DNA from: Paraspadella gotoi
Taxonomy: Eukaryota; Animalia; Chaetognatha
DNA: 64,000 nt
Reading direction: 5' to 3'
Assembly (NCBI GenBank): GCA_051294375.1
Contig: CM119269.1
Location: 8,429,225-8,493,224 of the forward strand
Position numbers and translations under genes: made by a program. Each line of letters starts with the position of its first letter. Within the stretch, counting starts at the first letter, position 1. This document shows positions 49,111 through 62,861 of the stretch, one piece after another. The notes under the pieces are model-generated. The model ran no database searches. It was not told the DNA's origin and saw only the letters and a list, made by a program, of their open reading frames with translations.

Positions 49111-52100
49111 TTAGCACACGAAGAGTGTCACAGGTTCAGCCGGAAATGCTCGTCGGGTCTTCCATCCGCTTCCCTTATGCCGCCTAGTCGTCGGCCCTTC
49201 GTAGACTGAAGGGATCTCCTCGTAGATGTGTTCCTTCGAAAGAGTCGACAAAAGACTCGGTTCGTATTCCAACACCTTCGCCACGCCGGCGCCTCCGACG
49301 CCGGCACCGCGCCGCTTCGATTTTCTCGGCGTTCTCTCCGGTGGCGGCGTCGGCAGCGCCCCCACTCGCGCGTACACGTGACCATCTCTCTTTCCGGAAT
49401 GCCGGGCGCCGGCGGCGGCGGCGCCTCGGGTCCGCTCTTCCGCGACGCGATCGGCACCGCCGCCGGCACCACCGCCGGCGTCGTCGTGCGGCAAATCGTA
49501 GCCCGTTGCCATGTTGAGGATGAGAAAGTCGGTCTTGTCGGGCGGCCGACGTGAGTGAGAGTGAGTCGTCGGGTGACTGTGTCGGTAACGCGTGTGACGT
49601 GACGATGATTTTCCCGATTTTCGTCGATCTTTTCGATGATCCTTTGCCCGACGAGTTTTGGTTCCGTCGCGGTCGTCGTCGTCGTCGTCTTCATCGTCGT
49701 CGTCTTCGAAAGTCACGCGCGTTTCCTTCTCCAACGAACGATGAATTGTCTTCGAGTCTTTCAACCTTCGAGTGGGGGTTGTCGCCGCTGCCGCCGCTAC
49801 CTCTGCCGCAGCTGCCGCTGCTTTTGCAGTCTCTTTCTTCGATTCTCCAGATCCTCGACGCGGCGGCGTTTTCGTCGCGGCTTTGGCAGCTGCTGCTCCG
49901 ACTGCGGAGGCGTCCGCCACTGCTGAGGAATCGGCGACGGCGTCGACGAACTCTTCGGGTTTTCCGAAATCGTAGAGCAGCGGTCGAATCGGAGGCTTCG
50001 TCTCGAGGAATTCAGTCTGCTGCGTCGGACGATGCAGGTGCTGTATTTGATGCTGTGATTGCTGCTGTTGCTGCAATAGCGCCCGCCTTGCTTGAAGAGA
50101 GTCCGTCTTGGCGGAGCTCGTGTTCGCAGACGACATAACTCCGCCGCCGCCGCCGCCGCAGTCGCCGCATTGAACGCAGCCTCCGCATTCGGCGACACCT
50201 CCACGCGCTCGTCGTCGTCGTCTCTCAAGGTCTTTGACGATGGATCTCATGTCGACGGCGACGCGACGGAATCGATCGTCGACGACGACGAATCCTCGGC
50301 GATCGTCGTCGTCCACATCCTCGAATTCATCGTCGTTATCGTCGTTGTCGGCGACGTCGCCCGGTTTCCGACAATTGTCGTAAGCTTCCTCCAAGGAGGC
50401 CGTGCCCAAAACCGGACAGTGGAAAGGCCCGTGGGGATTGTCCGAAGAGCTTTTCCGGCGACGCTCGGTTGAAATATTTTCCTCAAGGGTTTGACCGAGA
50501 AGTCTCCCGGCGCCGGAATCGCATTCCTCGAGTGTCTCGTAGACGGTCGGTTCCGGAAGGCGGGAAGAGGGCGCCGTGGATCGAGGCGGCGTCGCGGGCG
50601 GCGTTCTTTTGTGATTCGGCGTCGACCTTTTAGTCTTTCGCTCCGACGAGGAGGAAGAGGAGAAGGATTTTCGATGAACGTCTCTGACCAGATCGGGCAC
50701 GGCGTCGTGGCCGGATTCCCGGCGTTGCCCGGCGTCGTGTTCGGAATCAGGACGCTGTCCGGCGCATTTTCTGCCCTCGTCGGCGCCGAGACTCAATCGC
50801 GCCAAATTCATTTCGACGCCGAATTTTCCTTCGTTGGCGACGGCGTCGTATTCGTGTCGGAATTTCCGCAGAGCGCCGATTTTTCCATCCACGGCGCTAT
50901 TTTTCGACGCCGCTTCGTCTCCAGCGGCGTCCTCTTCCATGATTCTGCCCAAGAATCCCCAAGATGGCGGCGTGGCGATGACGCGCCCCTTTCGGTTGGC
51001 GTGGCGCCATCTAGAATCGTCGGCGTCGATTGACCGAGCGTCCAGCGACGTTTCCGCTTCTGGAAGGGCGTCGCCGCAGTCGGCATAGAGTTCCGAAGTT
51101 GGCGGCGGCGGTGGAAAGTAAAGCGAAGGCGGTGGACGCGCCGTTGTGACGCCGCTGTTGGCGGTGAAAACGGCGCCGGTTGGAGATGGAACCACATCTG
51201 GCTTTCTCGCGGCGTCGGCGGCGTCTTCCGCCCATGGTTCTGCGTACAAGTTTTCTGGTGAACCCGGCGTCCTTTCTGCTTCCTGTGCTAATTCTTGCGT
51301 CGCCGATTCGAGTGGCATCGCGTAAACGATTTCCGGCGCTACAAGGCCGGCGTCGTCACGGCGCGATCGGATCCTTCGTTTGTCTTTCTTTCCTTTCTCC
51401 CGACGCCATTCCTTGTCTCGGCGTCCTTCTTTGTCTCGGCGTCCTTCTTTGTCCCGGCGCGCTTCTTTCTCTCTTCGAGCGGCCATCCTCCAATTGGCTT
51501 TGACCCAAATCCATTTCGCTTTTTCGTTTCGCGGCGTCGTTTCGTCCTCGTCGTCGTCGTCGTCCTGCGGCGCCAATGCCGTCCCGCCGGCGCCGTTTCG
51601 ACGCCGCGGTGCCAACGGACTTCCGTTCATCAACGGAATTCCGTAGAGTTTCTCGTTTTCGAGTCGAGAGGCGAATCGAGGCGGCGCCGCGGAAACCCGA
51701 GCGGCGTTGTGGTTCGAAGCGGCGTCGACGCTGTCGGCGGCGGCAGCGCCATCTGCGTCGACGGAGTCCGCTTGACTTCGGCGTGGGTGGGAAGAAAGGT
51801 CGGAGACTTCGGCGCGAGCGTCTGATGAAAAATATTGTTATATTTGTAAATTTACGTATAAATTGATTTATTTAGGGTTAAATTAAAGTCTCACCGAAAT
51901 CAGTTGAGTTTTGACTGGAAGTCATTTCATCTGTGGCGTCTTCGTACAAATATTTTTCAAATTCGTGGCGAATGATATGATTCCTTAAAAATTAAAAAAA
52001 ATCACTTTATAATTAATAGAATTTTAAAAATTTGTTAATAATTATAGTTGCTACTTTGTTTATCCATCAAGAAGAAGACAAGAGAGCGAGCTAGGAGCTG

Positions 52101-52403
52101 CCGAAGTATCTAAACAAAAGTCACCGAAGCTGAGAAGTTTTTGCTGGTCATCCCTTTTGAAATTTATAAACAATATAAAAAGATGCAGAGAAAGAGAGAA
52201 AGAAAAAAAGAGAGAAAAAAGGAAGATAGAAAAAGAAAGAGAAAAAGAAAAAGAGAAAGAAAGGAAGAGAGAAAGAAAGAAAGAGACAAAAAGAAAGAGA
52301 CAAAAAGAAAGAGAGAAAAAGAAAGAAAGATAGAGAGAAATAGAGAGAGAAAAAGAGAAAGAAAGAGATAAAGAAAAAGAGAAAAAGAGAAAGAGAGAAA
52401 GAG

Positions 52404-52434
<31 letters not shown>

Positions 52435-52575
52435 GAGAAAGAAAGAAAAAAATAAAGAAAGAACAAAAAAGAAATTGAGATCTGGTTTTCGAGTTTCTGA
52501 TCAGGACTAAGCGGCCTGTGATTCTGTTATTCTGTGATCAGATTAAATCTTTAATCCCTTTCCATCGAAGCCGCC

Positions 52576-52650
<75 letters not shown>

Positions 52651-55197
52651 TTCACACACAAACCAGATAGAAACCACTCCCGGATGACCCAAAATATGAC
52701 CCTTCCTCCTTCTTTCCTCCTCAACTTCCTCGACCCACCCCCCCTTCCTCTCCCCCCTCCTCTCCCTCCACTCTCACCTCAATGTCTCGGCCGCCAATCT
52801 GGACGCCCTCTCCGCCCAACAGTTGGTCGAATCCACGGAGACGTCGGATGAGGCGCTGCCGGTCGACGGGTGTCGCCTGAAGGAACCGAATGCGTCCGTC
52901 GACGAAGGATCGGACGACAGAGACCCGGAGGAGAGTACGGAGGCGGGATCGAAAGCTGCTGCGCCGACGGCCGCGGCGAAGCGGCGTCTGGCGGCGCGAA
53001 ATGCGGCGGAGGAGACGCTGGAGGATGCGGTGGATGTGTTGGAGGCGTTGGAAGCGTCGCGGCTCGAAGGAGTCGACGTCAAAAAGTCGGAGGCGTCGGT
53101 CGAAGTCAAACTTCCCGTCGAAGTTGTTGCTTCAAAAGATTCCGATGCGAAAGGAAGGGATTTGTTGTTGTTGTTGCCGCAAACGTTGTTGTTGTTGTTG
53201 TTAAGAGTGTTGGAGTTGTTGTTACTTCCGCTGCTGTAGTTGCTGCTGGAGCTGATGTGGGAAGAGTGACGGCGTCGTCGTCGTCGTTCTCTGTGAAGGA
53301 GTGAAAGGTGTGGAGTAGAGTATGTAAAATGCGAAATATAACGAGACACATTTTACAAGCATCACACTACAAATGTGAAGTGAATCACAATTCTACCTTT
53401 GTTTTTTTTTTTAACCGATTTAAGCTTGGCGCCTCTCTAAGTTTCTTAGTTCTGACCAATCTCGTAATCATCTCAGTTGTCTATCAACTAACTCATCGCT
53501 TCCTCCACCCTTCTTACTTCTCTCCCACCTCTCTCTCCTCTCTATCGCCCCACTCACTTCTCTCTCCAACCCCTTCTCACCTCTCTTTAGCTAAGAGCGC
53601 TTCGTGAAACGGCGCCAGAAATTCCGCCATCGACGCCGGAGAATCCAGCGGCGCCCTTTCCTCGCCGCCGGCGCCTGTGCTGCTCCGGCTGCTTCCGCTG
53701 CTCCGGCTGCTCCGACTGCTGCGGCTCCAGTAAGCGGGGCTGCCGCTCCTACTGTCGATCTCGCTGCTAAGGGTGCCGAAAGCGTCGAGGGGGGCGGCGC
53801 TGGAGGGGTGATCGGCGGAGAGGACGGGTTGAGGACTTGTTGGGGAATCTACAGGGTGGTCGAGGGGACGGTCGCCGGAGTCTTCGGCGGGGTGGTCAAT
53901 TGGGTGGCCCGCTGGGTGGTCAGGATCCGGGTTCGAATCAGGGTCTCGAAACCTAAGGAGAAAGAAGAAATTTTTTTTCTTTTTTCTTTTTCTTTTTTGT
54001 CGTTTTTACGATGAAATCGAGAGAAAAGAAGAAAAAAGATAAAAGTCAAAATGTGTCGCGTCGAAGCTTAAATCGTAAGAGGAGATAAAAATTCGAAGCA
54101 GGGGAAGATAAAATCAGGACAGGGGGAGATATTAAAATCTAGATAGGGGGTCTCTATATCGACGACGGGGGTCAAATGAGCTGAAAAGGTTTGGTTTTGG
54201 TTGGAGAAAAAAAGGGGAAAAAATGCAATGAGGAACCCATGGCGGACTTAATGTAAAAATATAAGCATTCTTGATAAAACTTTGTAGGATTATCACGAGA
54301 TTTTATGCAAAAAAAAAATAAATAAATTTTATTTCAAAAAGTTGTTTACAAAGAAATCGCATGCAGACTAAAATTAATTTTTTAGCGCCGAGAAAAGTTC
54401 AAAAATATTTTAAATGACAGATATTGAATTATCTCCACCCTTGATTAAAAAAAAAATCTCAAAATGACTATTCGTGAGCGAAAAATTAAAACCGCAAAAA
54501 AATCGTAAAACCGCATTTCTTAAAAAAGAGGGGATGAAGTTTGAACAACACGACAACAGTATTTTTAATTATGAAAAAAATGAACAAAACTCTTCGGTAC
54601 AAAAAGCAAGAAAAAAAAATTTTATTCTAAAAGTAAAATGTGTGCTTTCTGTAAAACGGAAAACGGTTTTCTTCAAAAAAAAAAAGAAAATTTAAAAAAT
54701 AAATGTTTTAACCCAAGCGGAAATAAAAACATCGACGTCGACGAAGCAGAAAATTCTGTTTCTTAATTTCGGGGTTTTTTTTGTTTTTTGTTTTTTTTTT
54801 TGTCGCACAGAACAAAAAAGAAAAAAAGAGCAGAATTTTATTGTTATGAGAAAAAAAAACAACAGAACTCTGGGGCCAAAAAAAAGGACTTCAATTTTTT
54901 TTTTATCCAGATTTACTCATGTGGCAAAGTCCACTCCCCCCTGAGACCTACGCCCCCCCCATCCGCCCCTTTGCGCCCAGGTTCTGAGGTCGACGAATCT
55001 ACTCATGGGCAAAATCCAAGGCGTGAGAGTGAGAGTGAGAGGGAGACGAAAACGTGAGACTCGATCTCGATCTCCTCCTCGTTTTTTGTGAATCCGTGAT
55101 GCGTTCACGCTTAACCTTTAATTATCGAGTTTCGACGAACAAAAAAAAATCTAACTCCTCTCTCTTCTCTCTTCTCTCTCTCTCCTCTCTTCCTCTC

Positions 55198-55235
<38 letters not shown>

Positions 55236-56219
55236 CGCTTTATTTCATATTTAATTTTTTCATCGTTTCTTCGTTGCATCATTGTTCAGACTTCCACTTT
55301 TTGCTCACAGATAGACTTATCTACCCAAATACTAATACCCTAATATTAATATCCTACTACTTTCTAACTCATTCCCTCTATATTATTTTTTTTTGCTTCT
55401 CCCTGACTCATCTCCCTTTTCCCCATTCTCTCTTTTCTCCTCTCTCTTCCACCTCTCTCTTTTTCCCTTCCTTTTCTTTCTTCACCTCAGTTTCAAATGT
55501 CTCTTTATTCGTCATAAGAATTTTTTTAAAAAAATCTTCGATCGATAAAAAGAAAAAAGAAAAATTTCAAAATTACGCATCCATCGATTTTTGTGGAATT
55601 CGATCCGAAAATGAGAAGCGAAAATTTATTTTTTTCTCAATTCCCTTCTCTATTTAAACGAACACGCTTAATATCACATGAACTTACCTGAAATAACCTA
55701 ACCTCATCTAAACCAATTTAAATTCTCCTTAACTTACCTAAGGTCACCTGAATTAACCTAAACTATCCTCAAGTCAACTAAAGTCACCCAAATTAACTTA
55801 GTTTTAACTCACATTGATTCACCTGTAGACACTTAAAGTCACCTAAATTAACCCAAACTAATCTAAAAACAAAACTAACCTCAAATTTACTTAAACTCAC
55901 CCACTCTAAAAATCATGTCCGTGTTAGGGAGTCCTTGGGTCATTAAATAACAGTATATTTAGCTTAACCAAACGTTTCCCTCACCAAACTTCAATTCCTA
56001 TTACTCACCTCCGGCCCCCCCTTCTCTCATCTCTTATCACGCCCCCACCCCCAGGGTCCTCGCACCAAAACAACCTTACCCTGCGTCTCTGGCGGCGGCG
56101 GCTTTGAGGCGATACTGCGGCCACCTGTCGGGATGTCGCGTCTCCAAGAAATCCTCGAAGGTGATGGAGAGAAGGAACATCTGACGCTGGAGTTGATCTC
56201 CTTGGATCAGCATCGCTTT
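49111..56219 (-). CDS. Large, mostly disordered protein with many SH2-type tyrosine motifs (>1270 aa), 5' end uncertain
   Basis: Exons 56219-56080, 53952-53581, 53290-52778, 51983-51895, 51821-49111 join in frame with GT-AG introns (3825 nt). GC-rich coding-like composition; no recognisable globular domain. Confidence 0.78.
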
Positions 56220-57837
56220 CTGATGGGGTAAAAGAGGTGAGGGCGGGTTAGTTGATGGGAAGAAGGAGAGCACAAGTTTTGATGAAGGAAAGGAGAGCCG
56301 ATGGGGTAAAGTAGAGCGTGCAGATGGGGGAAAAGAGAATGGTTAGGAAGAGTTGATTGGGAAGAGGAGTTGATAAGGATATAGTGATGTAGAAGAGAGT
56401 TTGACGGATGGATTATTTTATGGAGAAAAGGAGTTGGTGAGAATGAGATGATGGAATTTGAATTTATTCAATGGAGCTTACGCACAAAATAAAACAATAG
56501 GCCATGAAAAGCGACTTGATTACATTTAAGTCTAAGAATTTAGGCATTCATGAAATCTTTCCAATTTACAATTTACTAGGCACGACTTTTCCCTCTGCAG
56601 GTAATCACTTCTCACAGTTTTTTCTATGGGCGAAATCTTTATATAAATAGTATTAAAATCAATATTATTAATAGAATCATCAAAAAGATGATTTCAACGG
56701 ATAATACCTTTTAATCCTCGTACAGAAAAGTTTTTAACATAGATAACGTTATTGATGGAGTAAAGGAGGCGGGGTAGCATTAGTTGACGACGACGACGAC
56801 AATCAAGATGATAAAGATAATTTGACCAGGGGCTTGACAATGTCGATGATAATGAAGATGAATGAAAAGACGATGATTATAACAATAGGAATGATATCGA
56901 CGTAAAAGTAGGTTGACGACGACGAGAAAATATTAGAGGAAAACGCGAGTAATTTGGTGTAATATGACTTACTTTTTATGTATTATTTCTAGTTAAGTTT
57001 CGTTCGTGAAGATCGTTTTATATAGTTTCAGTTTCAGAGAAAATTATTTTTCGCTTTTAATAAAATTCCGACGAATAGAAAGGAATCACGATTCTGATTT
57101 TAACTACGCGATTTTTATTTAGTGCCGAGTTGAAGAAGAAAAAATAATTTGTTTAATCCAGTCAGATTTTTTTTACCAGTTTTTTTTTTTTTTTTTCGAA
57201 AATGATTGGAAGAAGTTGAAGATTTTTTTGTCAGGTTTTTTTCGAGATTTTGTTTTGTTTTGACTTTTTTTTTTGAGCAAAATTTTTTTTTTCTTGATCC
57301 GGAATCTGGTGGCCACTTCTTCGGTTTCTAGTTCTCTTTCGCTCTGTCTCTGTCTTTCTTTCTCTGTCTCGCTCTCTCTCTCTCTCTCGTCGGATTTTCG
57401 AGTGAAGTCTGAAGGAGTTACGAGGATTCGTTCATGTTTGAAGTTGTATCAGGATGGGAGGAAGAGGAGGAGGAGGAGGATGATGAAGAGGAGGGGAAAG
57501 TAGGGAGGTAGAGAGAATGAGTATCAATGTGAAAATAAACAGAAAAACTAGGAAGAGAAAGAGATAAATATAAATTATGAATATTAATAAGAAAAAAAGT
57601 ATATCGCAATTAATAAAAAACGTTTAATTGGGAGAGGGGACAACGATGAGAAGTAGAAGGAGTGGGGGAGGGAAAGGTAGATCACGAGGACGGGGAAGAG
57701 GAGGAGGAGGAGGAGAAGGAGAAGGAGGAGGAAGAGGAGGAGGAAGGGCACGAGGAGGAGAAGGGTCGAGGATGAGAGAAAAACTAACACAGTACAAACG
57801 AAGGCAAAGGGATGTAACACGATCTCTCTCTCTCTCT

Positions 57838-58932
57838 NNNNNNNNNNNNNNNNNNNNNNNNNNNNNNNNNNNNNNNNNNNNNNNNNNNNNNNNNNNNNNN
57901 NNNNNNNNNNNNNNNNNNNNNNNNNNNNNNNNNNNNNNNNNNNNNNNNNNNNNNNNNNNNNNNNNNNNNNNNNNNNNNNNNNNNNNNNNNNNNNNNNNNN
58001 NNNNNNNNNNNNNNNNNNNNNNNNNNNNNNNNNNNNNNNNNNNNNNNNNNNNNNNNNNNNNNNNNNNNNNNNNNNNNNNNNNNNNNNNNNNNNNNNNNNT
58101 CGTTGTCCAAATTTGATGGAACATTCGATACTTTTATCCCGATACAAAATTTGTAATCCTTTGTGTAGATTGAAAACGGAACACCCTTTCCCACTTAAGA
58201 GTGAGACAATGTTNNNNNNNNNNNNNNNNNNNNNNNNNNNNNNNNNNNNNNNNNNNNNNNNNNNNNNNNNNNNNNNNNNNNNNNNNNNNNNNNNNNNNNN
58301 NNNNNNNNNNNNNNNNNNNNNNNNNNNNNNNNNNNNNNNNNNNNNNNNNNNNNNNNNNNNNNNNNNNNNNNNNNNNNNNNNNNNNNNNNNNNNNNNNNNN
58401 NNNNAGAGAGAGAGAGAGAGAGAGAGTGCGAGACCCAACTATAAATCAAAAGAGAGTGTCCACCGGAGTCTATATAAATTAAAAAGTTCTTTAACTTAAT
58501 TTTAAATCGATTAACTTCGTCGAGCGGATGTCTTTTGGTCGGGTTCGAACCGGGGGAGACTAAAAATAACAACGACAACAATGAGGACGACGACGACGAC
58601 GACGACGACGACGCTTCTTTTGATCGTCGATCCTTGGCGAATCAAAAAATCAAATCTGAAAAGAAATGACCGCGAATTTATGGCATCATTAAATCCATTA
58701 AATCATTTCGTGTTAAGAAATTAGTGCCACCCCGATTTTTTTTCTGTCTCCCTTTAATGTTTTGTTTTGATGATGTTTCGTTTCGTTGTTTCGAAACCAC
58801 GAAACCAACGAAACATAAATTTGACTACAGCGAGGAATTTCTTTATAAAATAGCATTTCCGGTGATGCTATTTTCGGGCTTCGGTATAATCTTGTTAGAC
58901 TGCAGCTNNNNNNNNNNNNNNNNNNNNNNNNN
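57838..58932. other. Assembly gaps (N runs at 57838-58099, 58214-58404, 58908-58932; also 2442-2464)
   Basis: Runs of n. Confidence 0.99.
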
Positions 58933-61900
58933 AGACCGAGAGATGACGAGAGAGAGAAATGAGAGAAATGATTGACGAGGGCGGAACGACGGAACGCGAC
59001 AGAGGGAAGAGGCGACCTCACGGTATGGTCGGGCGCTTCGCAAAGCTATGAGGTGCGACCTGGAGAACAAGGACAAAATCCCAAAGAAAAAGGGTAGAAA
59101 TGAATGGAAGCCAGGGAAGGACTTGATCAGAACGTTGAATTCATCTGTGCATTTCCAATTATTTTCAAATTTGATTGTTCCGGATCGTCGTCTTTAGTCT
59201 GCGTCGGTCGGCCGAGTGACTTCAGTCGCTCTCTGGGTACGTCGCGTGATACCAACTCGTCCGTCGCTTGCAGTATTTGCAGCGGAATGAGAAACAAATG
59301 AGAAAAGAGGGAAAAGCATTAGTGAGAAAAGAGAAAGGCGAAGAGAAAGAGGTAACCGTAACAGACGCGAGAGATGTGCAACGATATGAGAAAAGGAGGT
59401 GAGCGCAAGGAAGAAAAACCGAAAAACGGAAAAGGCAATGTACCAAAGAATGCAATCGCCCTTCCCTTTATGTGGTTATGTATCCCCGGTCCAGTTCCTT
59501 TGTTAACTTGACTTCCTCTGGAACTCACGGTTTCAAATAAGTGGTGTGTAGAAAGTAACGCTGGTCCGGGAATTAACTCAATTTTCTACGCGTTTTAAGA
59601 AGTTATTCGCCGGTCCTCTAATAATTACGAATAAAAGCGCACAATTAGTGATAATTGCTTGATCATTGTCCAATTACTGAGCGAGCGAGAGAGTGCAATG
59701 TTTCAACTTTTCGCATAGATATAGCTGAGTAATTGGGGCTAGAATTGGCAACCATAAGCGTCGAAACGTTTAACAAAAAACGACTGCGGGCTCGTCTCTA
59801 TAATTACGACAAAAGGTTTAAAAATGTCCGTGCATCGTTTTATTTATGAAATATTTATGAATAGAATGAGCCAAAAGGGTAATTTTAAAATGAGAGATTC
59901 CTAAATGAAAATGAATAGACAGAAGTGACGGCTCCACTCCAGGGGGCAGTGGTAAGTTTTTGGTATATAACAACGGAATATGAGGGAACATACTTTGATG
60001 ATATCGACCGCTCGGAATAAATAACAGTGGTTTAGGTTATTATGTTGTAACCGAGGACTCGAGCAACTTGAACGCTACGTTACGGAGATACAATTATATC
60101 CATGTGGAGGCCCTGTCCAGAAGCCAGCACGAAACCAGGAAGACACTGGCCGATACCTAAATTTATTGAAATCTAATGTTTTATAGGTTTGATAAAAAAA
60201 AAGTTAACTTCTACTTGAGCTCAAATCTGAAATGAAACAATTACAACCTGGTCTATTGTGAGAGGTGTCCGTTTAACCTTTTTCAAAGTGACAGAACGAG
60301 AAATAAAATATTCTCCCTAGTTGCGAAAAGTGACGTTACCCTCAAACTATCCGTCTTAAGCATATCTACACCCGCATATTTACATCACCTCACTCTCGGT
60401 ATGATTTCACCGGCAGCTTTATGTACAGGAGAAAAATTATTTAATTATCCTAAGGCTGAGGCAAAGCCCTTTTCTCCTAGAAATTAACAGAGAACGGTGA
60501 TACAGACGAGGACAAACGTGTAGAAATGTCGCATCGGAAAGTACCGTCGAAAAGACTGGAAATGATGTAGTAATTGAGAGACAGGAGCCACTGCCAGAGC
60601 TCTCTCTCGGTCTCTTGCTTCAACGTTTTCTAATAGAATCACGGCTAGCATAACTGCACGCTGCTCATATTCCTTACCTTGGGATTCCTTAATTGCTACT
60701 CCGCCCCGTCTCTCTAACGCAATCGCTTTTACTATTCTCTTTGTTCTAGGTGGTTTCTCTGCCTTCGATTCCGCAATAAACGTCCCCAATTTTGCATTGA
60801 GAGGGTCAATAGAAAGTGCACAATTTATATGCACTTGTGATAAGATGATTTGTCTAATCAGATTCTAACCGAAGTCCATGATGTAATTGACGTCTTAACT
60901 ATATGCGCCATTCCCATGATGGCCGAAATGTCTGCTCCATAAATACCAGCTCTTATTTTTTTCTCGAAAAAATGGGCCAATGGTTCCCTAATGCGCGAAA
61001 CTATTTGGAACGCGATGAGATCAACAATGTTGAAGATGTCCTTCCTCCGCCTCGCCCTCAAGTGCTTAGCGGTATTTCTCGTGCATCTTCGTGCCTCTTC
61101 TCTCTTATGCTTGATTTTAATTCCTTTATTTGCTAGCAAAATTTTTTTTCTTTTATTGACAGATCACGCGAATCTCGGTGATCCGTGCGACTTGTATTGC
61201 TCACTTTCTCTAATCGCCGTATTTCTCTTTTAGCATTCTCCTTTTCGTCGCCCCACATTCGATCGGTTCTTCTGTGCATTTCTAGTTTCTCCGTGGAGTC
61301 TCGCTCTCTGCTCTCTCTGCGTCGGAACAGATATATATGACGCGGAAGTGAGGAGAGAGAGTCTGAAAGCTAGAGGAGGACGACGGTATACGAGAGGGGC
61401 AGAGGACGAATGTCGTTCATGTTTGAAGTGGATGGTATCAAGGAGCATGGGAGGTGGAAAGAGCAGGAGGAAGGGAGACGGAGGACGGAGCGAAGGAATG
61501 GAAGCGGAAAGGAAAGAGAGAGAGGGAGTTAAGTCGAACGGAGACAACAACAATCCAAGCCTGACAGGTAGACTGTAGAGAGGGAGCATTATATGCCAGC
61601 AGTGCGATTCCGTTCAGTACTGTCTCCCAAAACCAAAGTGACGCACGAGGTAACGGAACGACCAGTAGTGAGGACGGAAATGCAATGGTGCCCAACAATG
61701 GAAAACACGGCAAACAACATAAGCCGAAAGGACGCGGAAAGACCCGGAATTAAAGATAGCCCTAAAAATTACCAATTGAAAAAACAATTGGATGAATGAG
61801 AAAGAGAAATATCCAGTAGTTAAAAAAGCACCTTGCCCTCCTATTTTATCGCCATATTTTCTTTTAAAATTGGCCCATAAGTAAGTAAAAACAGCGCACT

Positions 61901-62830
61901 TTCACCCTGGTGAGCGGCGGGGCGGCAAGCAAGCGGGGTCCCTACTGGTCATACTACCTCTCGCCATGTCTTCAAACTGCCAGATCAGTCTCTATCGTCT
62001 ATATCTCATACGGATGCGTTGCTCGTGCGTACGCGCTGCGTCAAAGGTCTCCTCTCTCTCTCTCTTTATGACTCTCTCTCCTACCTATGCGTCCACTGTG
62101 AGGGCCCTTTTCTCTTCTCAAGGCCGGTTCGCTCACGCTGTGTGTTTCTTATTGGAGGGAGCGATGAAGTTTGATGATAAATCGGCTTCCCACGGTCTCT
62201 CGTCAACGGGAGAGATTAAACGAAAACAGGCGCATACAAGGCGCAATTTAGCAGTTATTGCTTGAATTAATCTCTGTTATTTTTTTTTTGGTCTGCCCAC
62301 AATACATACACGTGTAACGTGTGTATTGTGGAGTAGTTAAGAGAAGGGAGAAAAAAAAAAAAAACCTTACAGTAGATTAGGACATGAATTAACTCTTTCT
62401 TTAAAAAAAAAAATGGAAACAATAGATGAATGCTGAATTTATCATTTTTATCATTACTTGAAGAAATCACAAAATTATTCAAAACTCGCGCGCCAGGATG
62501 ATGTGATGTGTGCAGAAATGAACAAGAATCGAGTTTTCAACAACACTTAATCAAAGCAAAGCCTGGAGCTTTTGTCAAAGAAGAATCATCAAGAGTTTTT
62601 TCTTTCGTTGGAACTTAAGCAATACGCGAAAAACAGCGAGGGAAGAAAGGACCCAAATATATTGGGAGACCCGGTAGCGGCCAACAAATATTAAGACCAG
62701 GTATGTATACTACCACTTACTAGTCCCAGTTAAAAGATAGATATCAAATTTTCCAACTTTTGAAAAAAATGTGTTAGAGAAAGGGAAGAATGAGAGAGAG
62801 AGAGAGAGGGGAGAGAGGCGGAGAGAGAGA

Positions 62831-62861
<31 letters not shown>

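Noticed and set aside
49128-53351. Many overlapping plus-strand and alternative-frame ORFs
   Set aside because: These are shadow ORFs of GC-rich coding exons on the minus strand.
60484-61233. ORFs of 77-116 aa as a gene or retroelement protein
   Set aside because: No recognisable motif or splice structure.
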